This document shows positions 12,621-25,200 of a DNA stretch of 64,000 bases, piece by piece. Under the pieces are notes generated by a model that saw nothing but the letters and a program-made list of their open reading frames with translations, ran no database searches and was not told the origin of the DNA. Numbering within the stretch: position 1 is the stretch's first letter; every line of letters starts with the position of its first letter. The stretch is from Haplodiscus bocki. Taxonomy: Eukaryota. The stretch spans positions 77,004,001 to 77,068,000 of the forward strand of contig OZ296654.1 of the NCBI GenBank assembly GCA_965655095.1, given 5' to 3'. A program made the position numbers and the translations under genes.

Positions 12621-13510
12621 ATGTCTCGTCCCTGTAAGACTTGTAAACGAACCATCAATGCTAATGAAAAATCTTACAAATGCGTCGCTTGCGGTTGCCA
12701 AATGCATCTAGACCCGACATGTACTGGTCTAAGCACGGTCGCCATCAACGGAATAAAAGAACTCGGCCAACTAGCAATGCTTCTTTGCAATACTTGTGTC
12801 GAAAACAACGAGAGAGACAATTTCATCCGCAATAGATGTGATTTGAAGATTGAAGAAAACTTGAGAAGCTTGATATAAACGAGAAACTGAACAAGATTGA
12901 AAACAACCTAGCTAAGTTAGTAGACCGAAAGGTACAAGAAGCCATCACGCGAACTTGTCAAAAAGTTGAAGAAAACTATGCCACTATCGCAGCCAAAAAC
13001 GCAACAAAAGCAGCTATTCCTCCTGGAACAGAAACAAAAGCTAGTGTCATCGAAAACACGCACAACACTGAAAGAAGTTTTAGAATACAAGGGATCAGCG
13101 AAGATCCGGAAAAATCACGAAACGAAAATCTCATCCCAACAAACGAGAAAGTAAATGAAGTGCTGAAGTGCCTAGGCGTCAACCCCCAAGTATTTGAAAT
13201 GAAACGGTTAGGAAAATTCAACAAGGATAGAACCAAACCCCGCACCCTGCTCGTAACACTCGCCACATCTCACGAGGAACGATTGGTGTTAGCCAAAAGT
13301 GTGGAAAGACGAAATGAGCTAAAATCACAAAATGTTTTCATCTCACAAGCCTTATCAAAAGATGAAGCTATTAAAGAGAGTCTATGTCTGAAAAAACGAA
13401 GAGAACTTGTAGAAGAAGGTGTACCGAGAGAAAATCTCAAAATACGCAACTTTGAGCTCTTCAATAACGAAGTGAAGGTTGAACTGGAGACGCGAGCGCC
13501 CGCTACCAGA
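12621..13510 (+). pseudogene. LINE ORF1 (PHD finger, coiled coil, RRM-like C-terminal region), frameshift near 12870
   Basis: PHD CKTC..CVAC..MHLDPTC..LLCNTC; RSFRIQGISE and RLGKFNKDRTKPRTLLVTL, typical of CR1/L2/jockey-group ORF1p. Confidence 0.85.
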
Positions 13511-16361
13511 TTACTATCTTCGCTCAATATCCTTCAAATCAATGCAAGAAGTTTAGTCAATTTTGAACGACGTCACAAACTGGCAAACGCTATACAAACG
13601 GGCGCGTACAATATAGTGTGTGTGTGTGAAACTTGGCTAAACGAACAAATCAACGACTCTGAACTCTTTCTTAGTAATTTCAACATATATAGACAAGATC
13701 GCAAACACCAGTCTACCAAGACGCACGGGGGAGCGCTAATCGCAGTCAAAAACACCCTCAGCTCACACCGCTTAAAAACGAAGGAAGTCGATAGTTGCGT
13801 TCTTTGCAAAGTAAAAATCGAAGGTGTTGAAATCTACATATGCTCGTTCTACAATCCTCCGAAAACAAGTCCCTACCGTTACACAATGAATGACTTCCAG
13901 GAATTTCTACGCGAGCTGCCAAAGAGGAACATAGTACTTGTATGTGGGGATTTAATCTTCCCGAACACAAACTGGGACTCTTGGACAACTTTTTGGTGAG
14001 GAGGCAGCCGAGTTAATTGAACTGTTCGAAAGCAGACTGCTAAAGCAATCCATCAACTTTCCAACTTGCAACTCCAACACACTGGACGTGTTTTTCTACC
14101 AAAATGGCACAGTCTTTTCTGAAAACGATCAAAAATTCGATAAAACTTTCAATTGCTCTGACCACTTAGCAATTAAAACGTCTGTGGACTTCCGTTTCAC
14201 AGAGTACAATCCGGTTCGAGAAAAATACAAAAGCTACGGGTCAGGTGACTATAAATCAATGATTGAAGAAATGGAAGGCACTCCGTTTACACCTGTATGC
14301 TTCACTAACATTGAGAACATGTATGCTGAGTACATTGACTACCTTGACTGGTTGTCCGATTTACACGTTCCCACAAGAACAAGTCACCGACAAACTCTGC
14401 CTCCCTGGATTCAACCGAGCACCTCGCACGAATTGAAAAAACTTGAAACACAGAAACGACTATTATCTACACGCCCGACAAGCTACAGAAAATCTTATGT
14501 TTGCCAACTCGAAAACATGGTCACTGAACTATGCGAACAAGATGGAATTGACTACCAAAACAAATTATTGGGATCCATGTCAACTCACAGGATCTTCAAG
14601 CACCTAAAACACCTCAACAAATCGGCAATCATCCCACTGGTGGTCGAATTAAACGGGCGTTCTGCAGAAACTGATCAACAGAAAGCAGAACTTTTCAACG
14701 AGTTATTCAATTCAGTTTTCGCGCCAAAAACGCACTTCAGCAAATCAGAACTCAGTTATCAGACTTCTTCTCTATCAAACTTCTCTATATCAGTAAAAAC
14801 TATCAGTAATTTCATATCAGACCTCGATATATCAAAATCGAGAGGGCCAAATGGGAAACCTCCTGTGATCTATAAATATACAAATCGTGAAATGAGCAAA
14901 ACCTTGAATGTACTGTTCAAGAACATCAAACGTTTACGTAAAATGCCATCAAGCTGGAAAATAGCTGCCGTTTCACCCATTTACAAAAAAGGCGACAGAA
15001 AACTCGTTGAGAATTACAGAGGTATCTCACTTCTCGGTATTGATGAAAAAATTTTTGAGAAATGCATGTACGAGCCGCTATACAAACACTTTGCATCCTA
15101 CCTATCAAGGCATCAACATGGTTTCGTACGTGGACGATCAGTTTACAGCAGCATGTTAATGTTCCTGAAAAACATTCATGAAGCTTTGGACAGGAACACC
15201 GATGACTACATCGTAGCTTTCTATGCTGATTTTTCCAAGGCCTTTGACCGAGTACCACATCAGCACTTGTTAAACAAACTCTGCTCCATCGAAGTCGGAG
15301 GCTGTTTATTGGATCTGCTTTACGACTATTTAGACAATCGGAAACAATATATCAGAATTGGAAACCACTGTTCTAATCTACTTGACGTAACAAGCGGGGT
15401 CCCTCAAAGATCACTTCTTGGTCCCCTTCTCTACTGCATCTTCATCAATGATCTTCCCGATGCTCTACGTTTCAGCCAACCCTACATCTTTGCATTCGAT
15501 CTGAAACTCCTCTACACTGGCCAAAACCAGTTAGACGCACAATCGGACCTCTCCTATATTGAAAAATGGGTTGAATTAAATCAGATGAAACTTGCCATTG
15601 AAAAATGCGGAATGCTCACACTAAAAGGCAGTGACGGAGATCTATCGCTTTACAAACAAAAACTAGAGAAGGTTAACGTCATCAAAGACCTCGGAGTTTT
15701 CATCAACAACGATCTCAGCTGGACATGCCACATAAACGAGAGACTGAAAAAATCCAACAAAGTTCTCTACTTGCTCAGGAGAAACATAGCATACTCAGTC
15801 AACACCTTCGTGAAACTTGGTCTCTACAAGTCTATTGTTCTACCAATTTTGCTGTACGGTTTTCATTGCGTCAAAGTATCTCGGACTGACCTACTCACTC
15901 TCGAACAGTTCCAAAGAAAAGTTGTCAAATGGATCTGCGGCGACTCAACCAGAAGCTACGTTGAAAAACTGCGTCTACTAAATCTCTTACCACTTCCGAT
16001 TTTCTTGCAATTAAACGATCTTCTCTTCCTCTCGAAAATCTGCCAAGACGAAGACAACGAATTGAAATCAAAACTACCGCACAATCTTAGTAAAGCCGAG
16101 AATAGCACGAGAAGAAAAGAAATTTTTTCTCTAAAGAAGACACGAACGGAGAAAAGACGAAGTGAATTTATCTTTCGAACATGCAGACTAGCCAACAAAA
16201 ATGACGATAAAATAAAGTTCCACGAAGCGAAAAACTTAAAAGCTAGATTAATTAAACTCATGTGGGAATTTGTGGAGAAGAAGTTCTCATCTTCAAACGT
16301 CTGCACCTGGCAATTGTGTTGCGACTGTCAAAAGTGTAGAAATCTGTGGACGATATTTTAA
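13511..16361 (+). pseudogene. LINE ORF2: APE endonuclease + reverse transcriptase, frameshift near 13995 and catalytic substitutions
   Basis: APE: QINARSL, VCETWL, RQDR..HGG, YNPP, CGDLIFP, SDH. RT: KSRGPNG, NYRGISLL, HQHGF, DFSKAFDRV, SGVPQRS (normally GVPQGS), FAFD (normally FADD), KDLGV; C-terminal CCDCQKC. Confidence 0.93.
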
Positions 16362-16419
16362 AAACTCTACCGGGAGAAATCCCTCCTTTACGGAAATTCA
16401 CATTAACAACAACAACAAC

Positions 16420-16684
16420 ATTTGCTTGCACTGGAGGAGCAGGACCCTCAGCAAGTAGAATCATGAAAAAGCTGGCAGAAAAAATTAGCATGAAGAAGAA
16501 AGAGAGCTACCCAGACACCCTCTCCCACATCCGGACTAGAGTTGGATTCGCCCTTATTAAGAGTGCTACGCTCTGCATAAGAGGCTGCAGATCCCTGAAA
16601 CCCCCGGTGCCTATAAATTATACTTCCGTATCCGCAATTACTTCCGTATCCGCAATGATATCAGAAGCTGCAATAAATCAATAG
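16420..16684 (+). pseudogene. CRE element RLE C-terminus (3' part after the nested insertion)
   Basis: FACTGGAGPSA..LAEKISMK..IRTRVGFALIKSATLCIRGCRS, the usual end of animal CRE ORFs. Confidence 0.9.
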
Positions 16685-18349
16685 AATTCCACCTGAGAGC
16701 ATTCCAAAGGAGTTCTCTAAGAGAACTAATTTTTTGATGTATTTGATACATATATATTATTTATTGACTGTATCCAAGATACAAAATGAATTCAGTTTTT
16801 CTACTATTAATTGAAGTTTAGTCATCAAAGAGAAAGTGACATAATTTCTGTTAAATTACAGTAATTATTTTTAGGTGAATTCCTTGGCGTCGAATATTCA
16901 AAGCGTTGAAAAATTGCAACTTTCGAAGATTTCGGAACAGCCGATAGCTTGCTGGTAAATTTTCGACGATTTGACTAATTTCCTTTTTAATAAAGTGAAC
17001 TGAGCAAAATGTTTGGAGACTTTTCTCGAAGCATATTGATGTTGCCAGAAACTAGTGAAAATACAAAAAAAATGGTTTTTTTAGTCCTGGCTTTCATAAA
17101 AATGCCCGACTTTTACACGGGCTTTTTTCACCGCGTAAAACTAAGAAGTATTGGGGTCAAAATGTTTTTAGGGTACCTATTCACCTAAGGGTCACGATTA
17201 CAATCCAGGAACGGAAATTAGCATATTTACGCACAACAAACTTTTCTGCAAAGGCTTCTATCAAAGTTGTCGGAATTAGGGTTTTTTCTGAGACAGTATA
17301 TAACGTACCAAAGAGCCACTATCAACTTTTCTTAACTTGTTTTGGGAAAAAATTGAGAAAAAGACGACATAATTTTCGACAGAAAAAAAATGTAAAGATA
17401 CCCATTTTGTTGCCTGAAAAGTCCCGATTTTTCAAAAACAATGTCTCCTATAGATATTTCGAGCTGTACAGGCAGCGCTAACTTCGGGCATTTCGGTCTT
17501 GTTTGTTTTAAAATCGGATTGATAGCTGAAAAATTATGACTACCCGGATTCGCGCCATTTTTGGCCGAATTTGAGTCTTCGCCGAAAATCTAATCAACTA
17601 CAGATTATACAAAAAAATCTTGATGTATAATTTTGCTTTCAGTCCTCCCAAAACCTTTGGCGTTTACATTTTTCATCAAAATTAATTCCTTAAGAGTTTA
17701 TGCTTCAGAAGTGAAATTAAAATTCTACACATAGTTAAAACGAAAAGTTTTATTGGGGATTCAAAGCTGTAAAACGTCGCATACCATGTTTTTTCGACAT
17801 TTCTGAGTGTTGAGAATTTGACGCTTTAATACATGGTTGACAAGATATCAGTTTTAAGAACGAGCGTCTTAACTTTGGGTCAACAAAGCAAAAATGACAT
17901 TTGGGTCAATTAGCTGTTCATGTTTTTTCATGGATTGTCAACGTTCACTTGGGCCCATTAAATCAAATGTAAAAGCTGCAAAAATGATGAAAATTGGTAG
18001 TGTCGAACGTTTTGAGTTTTTGTCCGATTTCAAGAATTTTAGATCTCTAATGAAAAATCTTTTGCTGTAACAATTTTTTCTAAAGCTAACAATTTTTTCC
18101 AAAGCTTTTAGTTTTCGAGATTGAGCTTCAAAATCGCAAACTTTGTTTGTTCACATAAAATCACTAGTGTACTCTGGTCAGCGTCGAATGTCAGTCCTTC
18201 TGAGTAGGTGTCAACAAATACGATTGACAGATGAGATAGAGTGGCATGACAGAGAGTTCCGAGGACTTGTTTACCAATATCAACTATTTGGTGACGCGTA
18301 CCGTAACCCTTAACGTTAAAGTTGATCGCTACGTCAAAACACGGTAGAG

Positions 18350-18444
18350 CTAACGAAATGAGCAACAAGGCATGCCGTTTGTTAGTCAGCTCGAACTACT
18401 AGGTGACCCATAAAAACGGTACGCTTTGTTGCTCATTTCTTTAG
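18350..18444. repeat. Small inverted-repeat element, copy 2
   Basis: ctaacgaaatgagcaacaaggcatgccgttt pairs imperfectly (~30 bp) with aaacggtacgctttgttgctcatttctttag. Confidence 0.7.
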
Positions 18445-19068
18445 GTGTCCCAGAAAAATAGCACCTGTACAAAAAATGGAGCTCTCAATGGCTGATTCTC
18501 ACAATAGCTTCCGAAATTGTTAATTTCACTCATAAGGACTTTCGATTCTTAGTCGAAATATCGAAGTGAAAATTGCGTAATTTTGGTCAAACAAGTTCAG
18601 CCAAGTTTCTTAATCTGACTTTAAATGTTCATTTTTACGCTTTGAGATTCAGTGGAGGTGTCAATTCAGATAATTGACAGGCGCTATGTGCTGACTTGAA
18701 ACTAGTGGCGATGTCTTGCTTATCAATATCAGCCGTTTTGTGAGCTCGAAAGTGTTACATGTAACGTGTTTTTGACCAACTGATGGGCCACGTCAATATG
18801 TTTAACAACGAAAGGCTTTATAACGTGCTAACATATTGTGATTGCCCTTTTTTGGGGCACCTAATATAATTTCTTAATAACATTGATACGTTGATTGTTT
18901 GGTAGCTTACAGTCACAATTTGTAAAGTTCCTTTGCGCTTGGTGTTTTGAATTGTTCACCAATAAGCCTTAATTCAGAATCTGATTTCAGATAATTTGAT
19001 TTCGAGGACTTTTATTGATAGCTCTGTAAATACTCTTTGTATTCCTGTACATTTACAATTCTGTAGAA

Positions 19069-19282
19069 ATGGCAAAAAAGTGCTTGGGAGAAATCAACGG
19101 ACTTGATAACAAAAGTGTTCCGTCTTTTTCCCAAAGAGGTGAAAACTTCAGCGACAGTGGAGACAGCGGAGGTTGCGAGACTTTCGACTATACTGACAGT
19201 GATGACAACGTGGAGCGTGACACAGACTGGTGCGAGCAGAAAATCAAAATTGACAAAAGAAGAATTGACATGTTTGTGAATG
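19069..19282 (+). CDS. BicC: BicC coding exon 1 (ATG; start of first KH repeat)
   Basis: ttctgtag|aaATG; [19 protein letters not shown] resembles BicC EERFRVDRKKLE; donor g|gtaagt, phase 1. Confidence 0.75.
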
Positions 19283-22200
19283 GTAAGTTGCAGTTAATTG
19301 AGACCGAATGATTTGATTCGATTTTGTGACTTTATGTAAATGTGCAAAGAACGAAAACTTAATTTGCTGACTTCGTTGTCTTGAGTTCTTTCGCCTCTGA
19401 TAGTAAATTTTATTATCTGAAGATTTGAAAAAAAAATTAGAACAATTGACATCTGTAATTGAGCGAATCTAGCAATATTTTAGTATTTTGAGAAATATTC
19501 ACAATTCAAGTGCTTTTCTGTTCACAATTCAAGTGCTTTTCTGTTTACCACCGACTTTTAAAACCGTTCAAATTGGTGCAAAGTATCTGTTAAACTTGGC
19601 ATAAATTTTGCTCTCATACTCTTCTGGCTTAAGTGTAATATCTTGTAAAAAGTTTTGATCTATAATTTTTAGTGCTATTTTGGTTCATTGATCAAGTCTA
19701 CTGCTTGAAGCAAGTATGAAAAGTCACGCTGATTGTAAATTCTACAAAATTTTCTTCATCCATGAGTCAACCGAGAGTGACAGCGTATCATTTTCACAAG
19801 TCACGAACAGCTCAGCGCAGGCGTAGCTCTTCATTACGTTCAAGGGGCTCCCTACGTTTTGATTGCAATATACCTGCGTGAGGGAGTGCAATTTTTGCGT
19901 CACAATTTCGAAAAACGTTACGTAAAAGGTTTTTATGTTTATCTTTTGCTAACTGCTTTTGGTAGCATTCACTCATTAAAGCACTGCTATGGAGCGCGGA
20001 AGCGTGAGACTCCTGCAATGGAGAAATTTTCGAAAAGCAGTTATTTAATAATTTCAAAACAGTTACTGCTGCAAGGTCATGAAATGCCCAAAACTATCAA
20101 GTTCAAAGGCAAACGACGACAAAAATAGCCAGCACTTCGAACTTTAAATGCTTTTTAGTTGAAATTTGTCTTCACGCGATGCGATTTTACATTACTTTGG
20201 TCTACATTCTTGGTTCCATATACACGAATGATAGTTGCAGTTCAAAATATTTTGACAGTTCGCGGACAAATGTTTACAACCAGTGATTCTTCATCTGTCT
20301 TTGATAACATATCAGTGCACAAACATCTTCAAAATAATCAACTAAAGGTCAAATTATTGCACTAACGGCCACATTAATGCACTAGTAGACCTTGCACTAG
20401 AGTTTAAAAATCCGGTAAATTTCGCTTAAGTTTTTGACAGTCTACAAGGTGGTTGTGTCCTATGCAATGATGTACATTAAAAGGATAGTGTGGCTGCTGC
20501 TCTAAACTTGTTTTTATTGAAAAAAAAACTTTTCAAATGATTGTTTTGTTTAAAGATCTTGTCAAATTTTCAAATTTTGATCCTTATAGTATATCTAAGC
20601 AACTCCAGACATAATATAAAAAGCCGCTGACATCGCGATTAAAAGCTATTTACTCGAAAAATTGCTGAATTAATGGTTAAATGATAGGGTCAAATTTGCA
20701 ATTTTGCCAATTTTGTGCTTCTGGAAAAGTTAGAGGAAAAGTTAAATTGAAAAAGGGCATTTAAACATAAAAAGCCCCGAATGACTCAATTTTCGATTTT
20801 TGACAAAAATATTAGAACAAGGCGGCCGGCTAGCACCGACATATTTTTCGCAGGAACACAAATATTTTGATCAACATTTGCCCACAGTTAAAAACGAGAC
20901 TATTGTTTAAAATCTAGTTTGCGAAAGTTTTCTACAAACATCAATTCCACCACTGATTTTTTATATTCTATGCAAAAAAGGGGGTATCACGACTTTTCGT
21001 TCAAAATTTTTTGTCTCACAGTACCAAAAAATTTCGTTGGAACACTTCGGTGTATCCGAAAACTTCGGGTAGCGAAAAATTTTATGCATCAGAGAGGGGG
21101 GGTATCACGTTTCTCCGTCGAAAGCTTTTGTCACACAGTACCGAAAAATTTCGTTGGAATAGTTCGGTGTTTCAGAAAATTTTGTTTATCGCAAAATTTT
21201 ATGCATAAGAAGGGGATATCACTAAACTCCGTTGAAAAACTTTTGTCTCACAGTGCCGATAAAATTCGTAGAAAACTTCTGTTTCGAAAGAATTCTGGTA
21301 TCGAAAATTTTCAAGCAAAGGAGGGGGGAAGCTTCACGGTTTTGTCGAATTTTTTTTTATCTCACAGGACCGAAAAAACTTCGCCAGGTAACCATTCTAT
21401 GTTTCAGAAAATTTCTGGTAGGGAAAAATATTTTATGAATAAGAGAGGGGGGTATCACGAATTTCCGTCGAAGTTTTTGTCTCACTGTACCGAAATATTT
21501 CATTGGAGAACACTTTGGTGTTTCAGAAAAATTCTTTTATCGAAAATTTTCAAGCATAGGAGGGGGCGGGGCATCCCGCCCGGTTTTGTCGAACTTTTTT
21601 GTCTCACAGGCCAGAAACGAAAACCCTTCTGTAAAGGAGAGGAACCCTTCTGTTTTCCGGAAATTTTCTGGTATCGCAAAAAATTTATGGAGAAGAGGGG
21701 GCTTATCACGTTTTTCCGTCGAAATTTTTTGGTCTCACAGTGCCGAAAAATTTCGTGGGCATCCCTTCAATGTTTCAGAAAATTTGGGGTATCGAAAAAT
21801 TTTATGCATAATAGGGGGTATCACAATTTTCCGTCTAAAATTTTTTCTCTCACAGGGCCGAAAAACTTCGTATAGGAACCCTTTGGTGTTTCGATAATTT
21901 CGGGTATCAAAAACTGTTAAATATAAATCGTAAAATGGTAATATGCTAGCACCGGCATATTTTTCGCCCAACTACAAATATTTTGATCAACTTTTGCGAA
22001 CGGTTAAAAACAAAACTACTGTTTTGATATTAGTTTTCAAAGACTACTTACAAACATCAATTCCACCACTGATTTCTGTACTTTATGCCAAAGGATATCA
22101 CGATTTTCCCTTGAAAAATTTTCGTCTCACAGTGCCGAAAAATTTCGTCGAGGAACCCTTCTGTGTTTCAGAAAATTTGTTATCGAAAAATGTTAGGGAT

Positions 22201-25200
22201 AAGAGAGGGGGGGTATCAAGAGTTTCTGTCGAAAACTTTTTGTCTCACAGTGCCGGAAAATTTCGTAGGGGAACCCTTCAGTGTTTCATTAATTTCGAGT
22301 ATCGAAAAAATTCATGTCTATGAGCGGAATATCACGATTTTCTATAGAAAATTTGTTGTCTCACAGTACCGAAAAACTTCGTTCGGGAACCCTTCTGTGT
22401 TTCACAAAATTTCTCGTATCGCAAAAATTTATGGATAAGAGGGGGGAAAGGAGGAGGGGGAGGAGGGAGGGAGTATCGATTTTCTGTCAAAAATTTTGTC
22501 TCAAAGTGCCGAAAAATTTCGTTGAGGAACCCTTCTGATCTGTGTTTCAGAAAGTGTCCGGTAGCGAAAAAGTTTATGGATAAGAGGGGGGTGGGGAGGG
22601 GGAGTATCAAGACTTTCCGTTGAAAATTTTTTGTCTCACAGTGCCAAAAAATTTCGTAAAGGAACCCTTTAGTGTTTCACTAATTTCGGGTATCGAAAAA
22701 CTTTATGCTTCAGAGGGTTATGTCACGATTTTCTGTCGAAAATTTTTTGTCTCAGTGCCAAAAAGTTTCGTAGGGGAATCTTTTAGTGCTTCTTTAATTT
22801 CGGGTATCGAAAAATGTTAGGGATAAGAGAAGGGGGATTCACGATTTGCCGTCGAAAACTTTTTGTCTCGCAGTGCCGAAAATTTTCGTAGGAACCCCTT
22901 AGTGTTACTAGTTTCGGGTATCGAAAAATGTTAGGGATAAATCGTAAATATTTTTGGCCGGGCAGTGACTCGACCCCCAAACCTACTTCTTGAGAACGCT
23001 GTTGCCCTATCCCTACTGCTGTCATTTATTTTTGAATAAAAAAAGTTGGCAGTTTTACATTGAAAAAAAAATACGACCCTACTGAATGAATAATTTTTCT
23101 TAAATATTACATATACTGCGAAAAATAATTTCGTTTTTTGGTTGTCCCGCAGTGCGGAAACTTTGGTACCATATATTTTGCATGAGAAGAGTTTAATTTT
23201 CCACATTTTTGGTCGGCGCTTCATGAAATAGAAAAGTCACTTTGTTATTTTCCGCCGTATATGTAATATACAAGAAAAATTATTCATTCAGTAGGGTCGT
23301 TTTTTTTTCAGACTAAAATTGCCAACTTTGTATTCAAAAATAAATGAAAGCGGTAGGCGTAGAACAACAAGGTTCTCAAGCAGTAGGTTCTTGACCAAAA
23401 ATTTTTACGATTTATCCCTAACATTTTTCGATACCCCAAATTTTCGAAACATTCAAGGGATGCCCACGAAAATTTTCGGCACTGAGACAAAAAAATTTCG
23501 ACGGAAAATCTTGATACCCCCCCCCCCCTCTTATCCATAAACTTTTTGGCTACCGGAAATTTTCTGAAACACAGCACATAAGGGTTCCCCTACGAAATTT
23601 TATCGGCTCTGTGAGACAAAATTTTTGACAGAAAATCGATACTCCCTCCCTCCTCCTTTCCCCCCTCTTATCCATAATTTTTTTCGATACGAGAATTTTT
23701 GTGAAACACAGAAGGATTCCGCAACGAAGTTTTTCGGTACTGTGAGACAACAAATTCTCTTAAGAAAATCGTGATATTCCGCTCATAGACATAAATTTTT
23801 TCGATACCAGAAATTAATGAAACACTGAAGGGTTCCCTTACGAATTTTTTTGGCACTGTGAGACAAAAAGTTTTCGACAGAAAATCTTGATACCCCCCTC
23901 TCTTATCCCTAACATTTTTCGATAACAAATTTTCTGAAACACAGAAGGGTTCCTCGAAATTTTTCGGCACTGTGAGACGAAAATTTTTCAAGGGAAAATC
24001 GTGATACCCTTTTGCATAAAGGACAGAAATAAGTGGTAGAATTGATTTGTAAAAACGCTTTGAAAACTAATATCAAAACAGTAGTTTTGTTTTTAACCGT
24101 TTGCAAAAATTGAACAAAATATTTGTAGTTGGGCGAAAAATATGCCGGTGCTAGCCGGCCGTCTTGTTTTTCATTTTTTCAGATCACGTCGAGTTGTCTT
24201 TTTTTCCGTAATTTTTCTCTGCAATATCTTAAGGTATGTTAATACAGTCTAAAACTATCACGGGCAGGTACTCAAGCACCAAAAGGTCCCTTTTAACGAA
24301 ATTTTTCTGTCTGTTGAGAAAACAATTTCGAAAAACCGTGTTACCCCAACCGCTTCATGGGTCTTAAAAAATACTGCAATAGTTGGTTTTTTAGTGAAAT
24401 GAGAATGTGGATCACAGGTCCAATGTCTTTTTCTTCATAGTGCAAAGTCAATTTGGAAATGTTTGAAAAAATGACAATTGAGCGGAACCAAAACTAAAAA
24501 CTACAACCTCACCCCCGCTGCCTGGAAGTAAATATTAGCTAGTTTGCAAGGGAACTGTGACTTTTTTTCAAATGAAATGAAGATGGTGACATTGTATTTT
24601 GAGCAATTTGGTCACCATTTTCAACTTGCAGATACTAACGTTGAGGCGCTTGAAAATGGATATTGGGACTTTTTGACATGGCTAAAAAAGGCACTTGACT
24701 CTCAGCTTTGCTTTCTGAGTATTATAATTTTCAATGGTTCCGGTCAAATCACTCTAAATCTGTTTCAGAGAATCAGAAGAATTGTGTGGAATATTTGAAT
24801 GAGGTAAGATTATACTTTTTCATTTATTGTCGGCCGAGAAAATGAAATCAATCTTTTCCTGACTGGAGTTTTGTCGCCCACAAAACGCTGCTTGCATATC
24901 TATAGGAATGCTGTTGAAACGCGGCCAGCAGATTTCCTAATTCACCGTTGTTTTGACTCAGGATATGAGCAAAGTCATTTTTCAGTCCAAAACACGAAAA
25001 GCTCAACTTTTTGATTTAATTATTGTTTAAATAGGTTATGACGTCATGCCGTGTTCGTATAAATGGAGCCGCTGGATTGCGAAATGGACTTCGATTGAAA
25101 AAAGGTAACTTATTAGATTTTAATATTGGCAATATGCTCCTTTAATTTGAAATTAGGATTCCTATTTCGGAAGTACGTAGTACGGGTCTTGAGAGGCGAT

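Larger units (their letters stand above)
11849..16419 (+). mobile_element. Near full-length CR1/L2-group LINE nested in the CRE element
   Basis: Flanked by direct repeat ATTTG (11844-11848 and 16420-16424); ends in (AAC)5 at 16405-16419; contains ORF0, PHD ORF1 and APE-RT ORF2. Removing it restores the CRE reading frame P-I-V-F-A-C-T-G-G. Confidence 0.95.
8984..16700 (+). mobile_element. CRE-clade non-LTR retrotransposon (PHD + RT + zinc knuckle + restriction-like endonuclease), frameshifted, interrupted by a nested LINE at 11849-16419
   Basis: Animal CRE-type RT motifs: SLWTQGKFMELFHEA, GSPGPSGLDA, RLIPLDKKPALGPIGVGEVLRRIIG, LLIDASKAFN, TQGDPLSMAMY, WYADE, GPNYGYF, LRMGGLNI, SSWLNALP. Also C..HASHC..HHNEIRD knuckle and RLE motifs RPDIKANG / FFDVKIFDP. 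EVENSSFNPIVF resumes after the insert as ACTGGAGP..IRTRVGFALIKSATLCIRGCRS (stop 16684). Outer boundaries approximate. Confidence 0.9.

Noticed and set aside
16346-16419. N-terminus of the 112-aa ORF (TTTTT)
   Set aside because: Translation of the LINE 3' UTR and (AAC)n tail fused by chance to the CRE C-terminus.
20919-21875. 318-aa ORF and many neighbouring ORFs to 24106
   Set aside because: Translations of the ~120-bp tandem repeat on both strands; repeated [10 protein letters not shown] peptides, no protein signature.
20950-24050. CRISPR-like periodicity
   Set aside because: Whole units are repeated with divergence, there are no unique spacers or cas genes, and the context is a eukaryotic intron.
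24632-24690. Alternative BicC exon 2 ([20 protein letters not shown]), same phases
   Set aside because: Needs a weak non-canonical GCACTT donor; 24769-24803 has a strong GTAAGA donor and fits at least as well.
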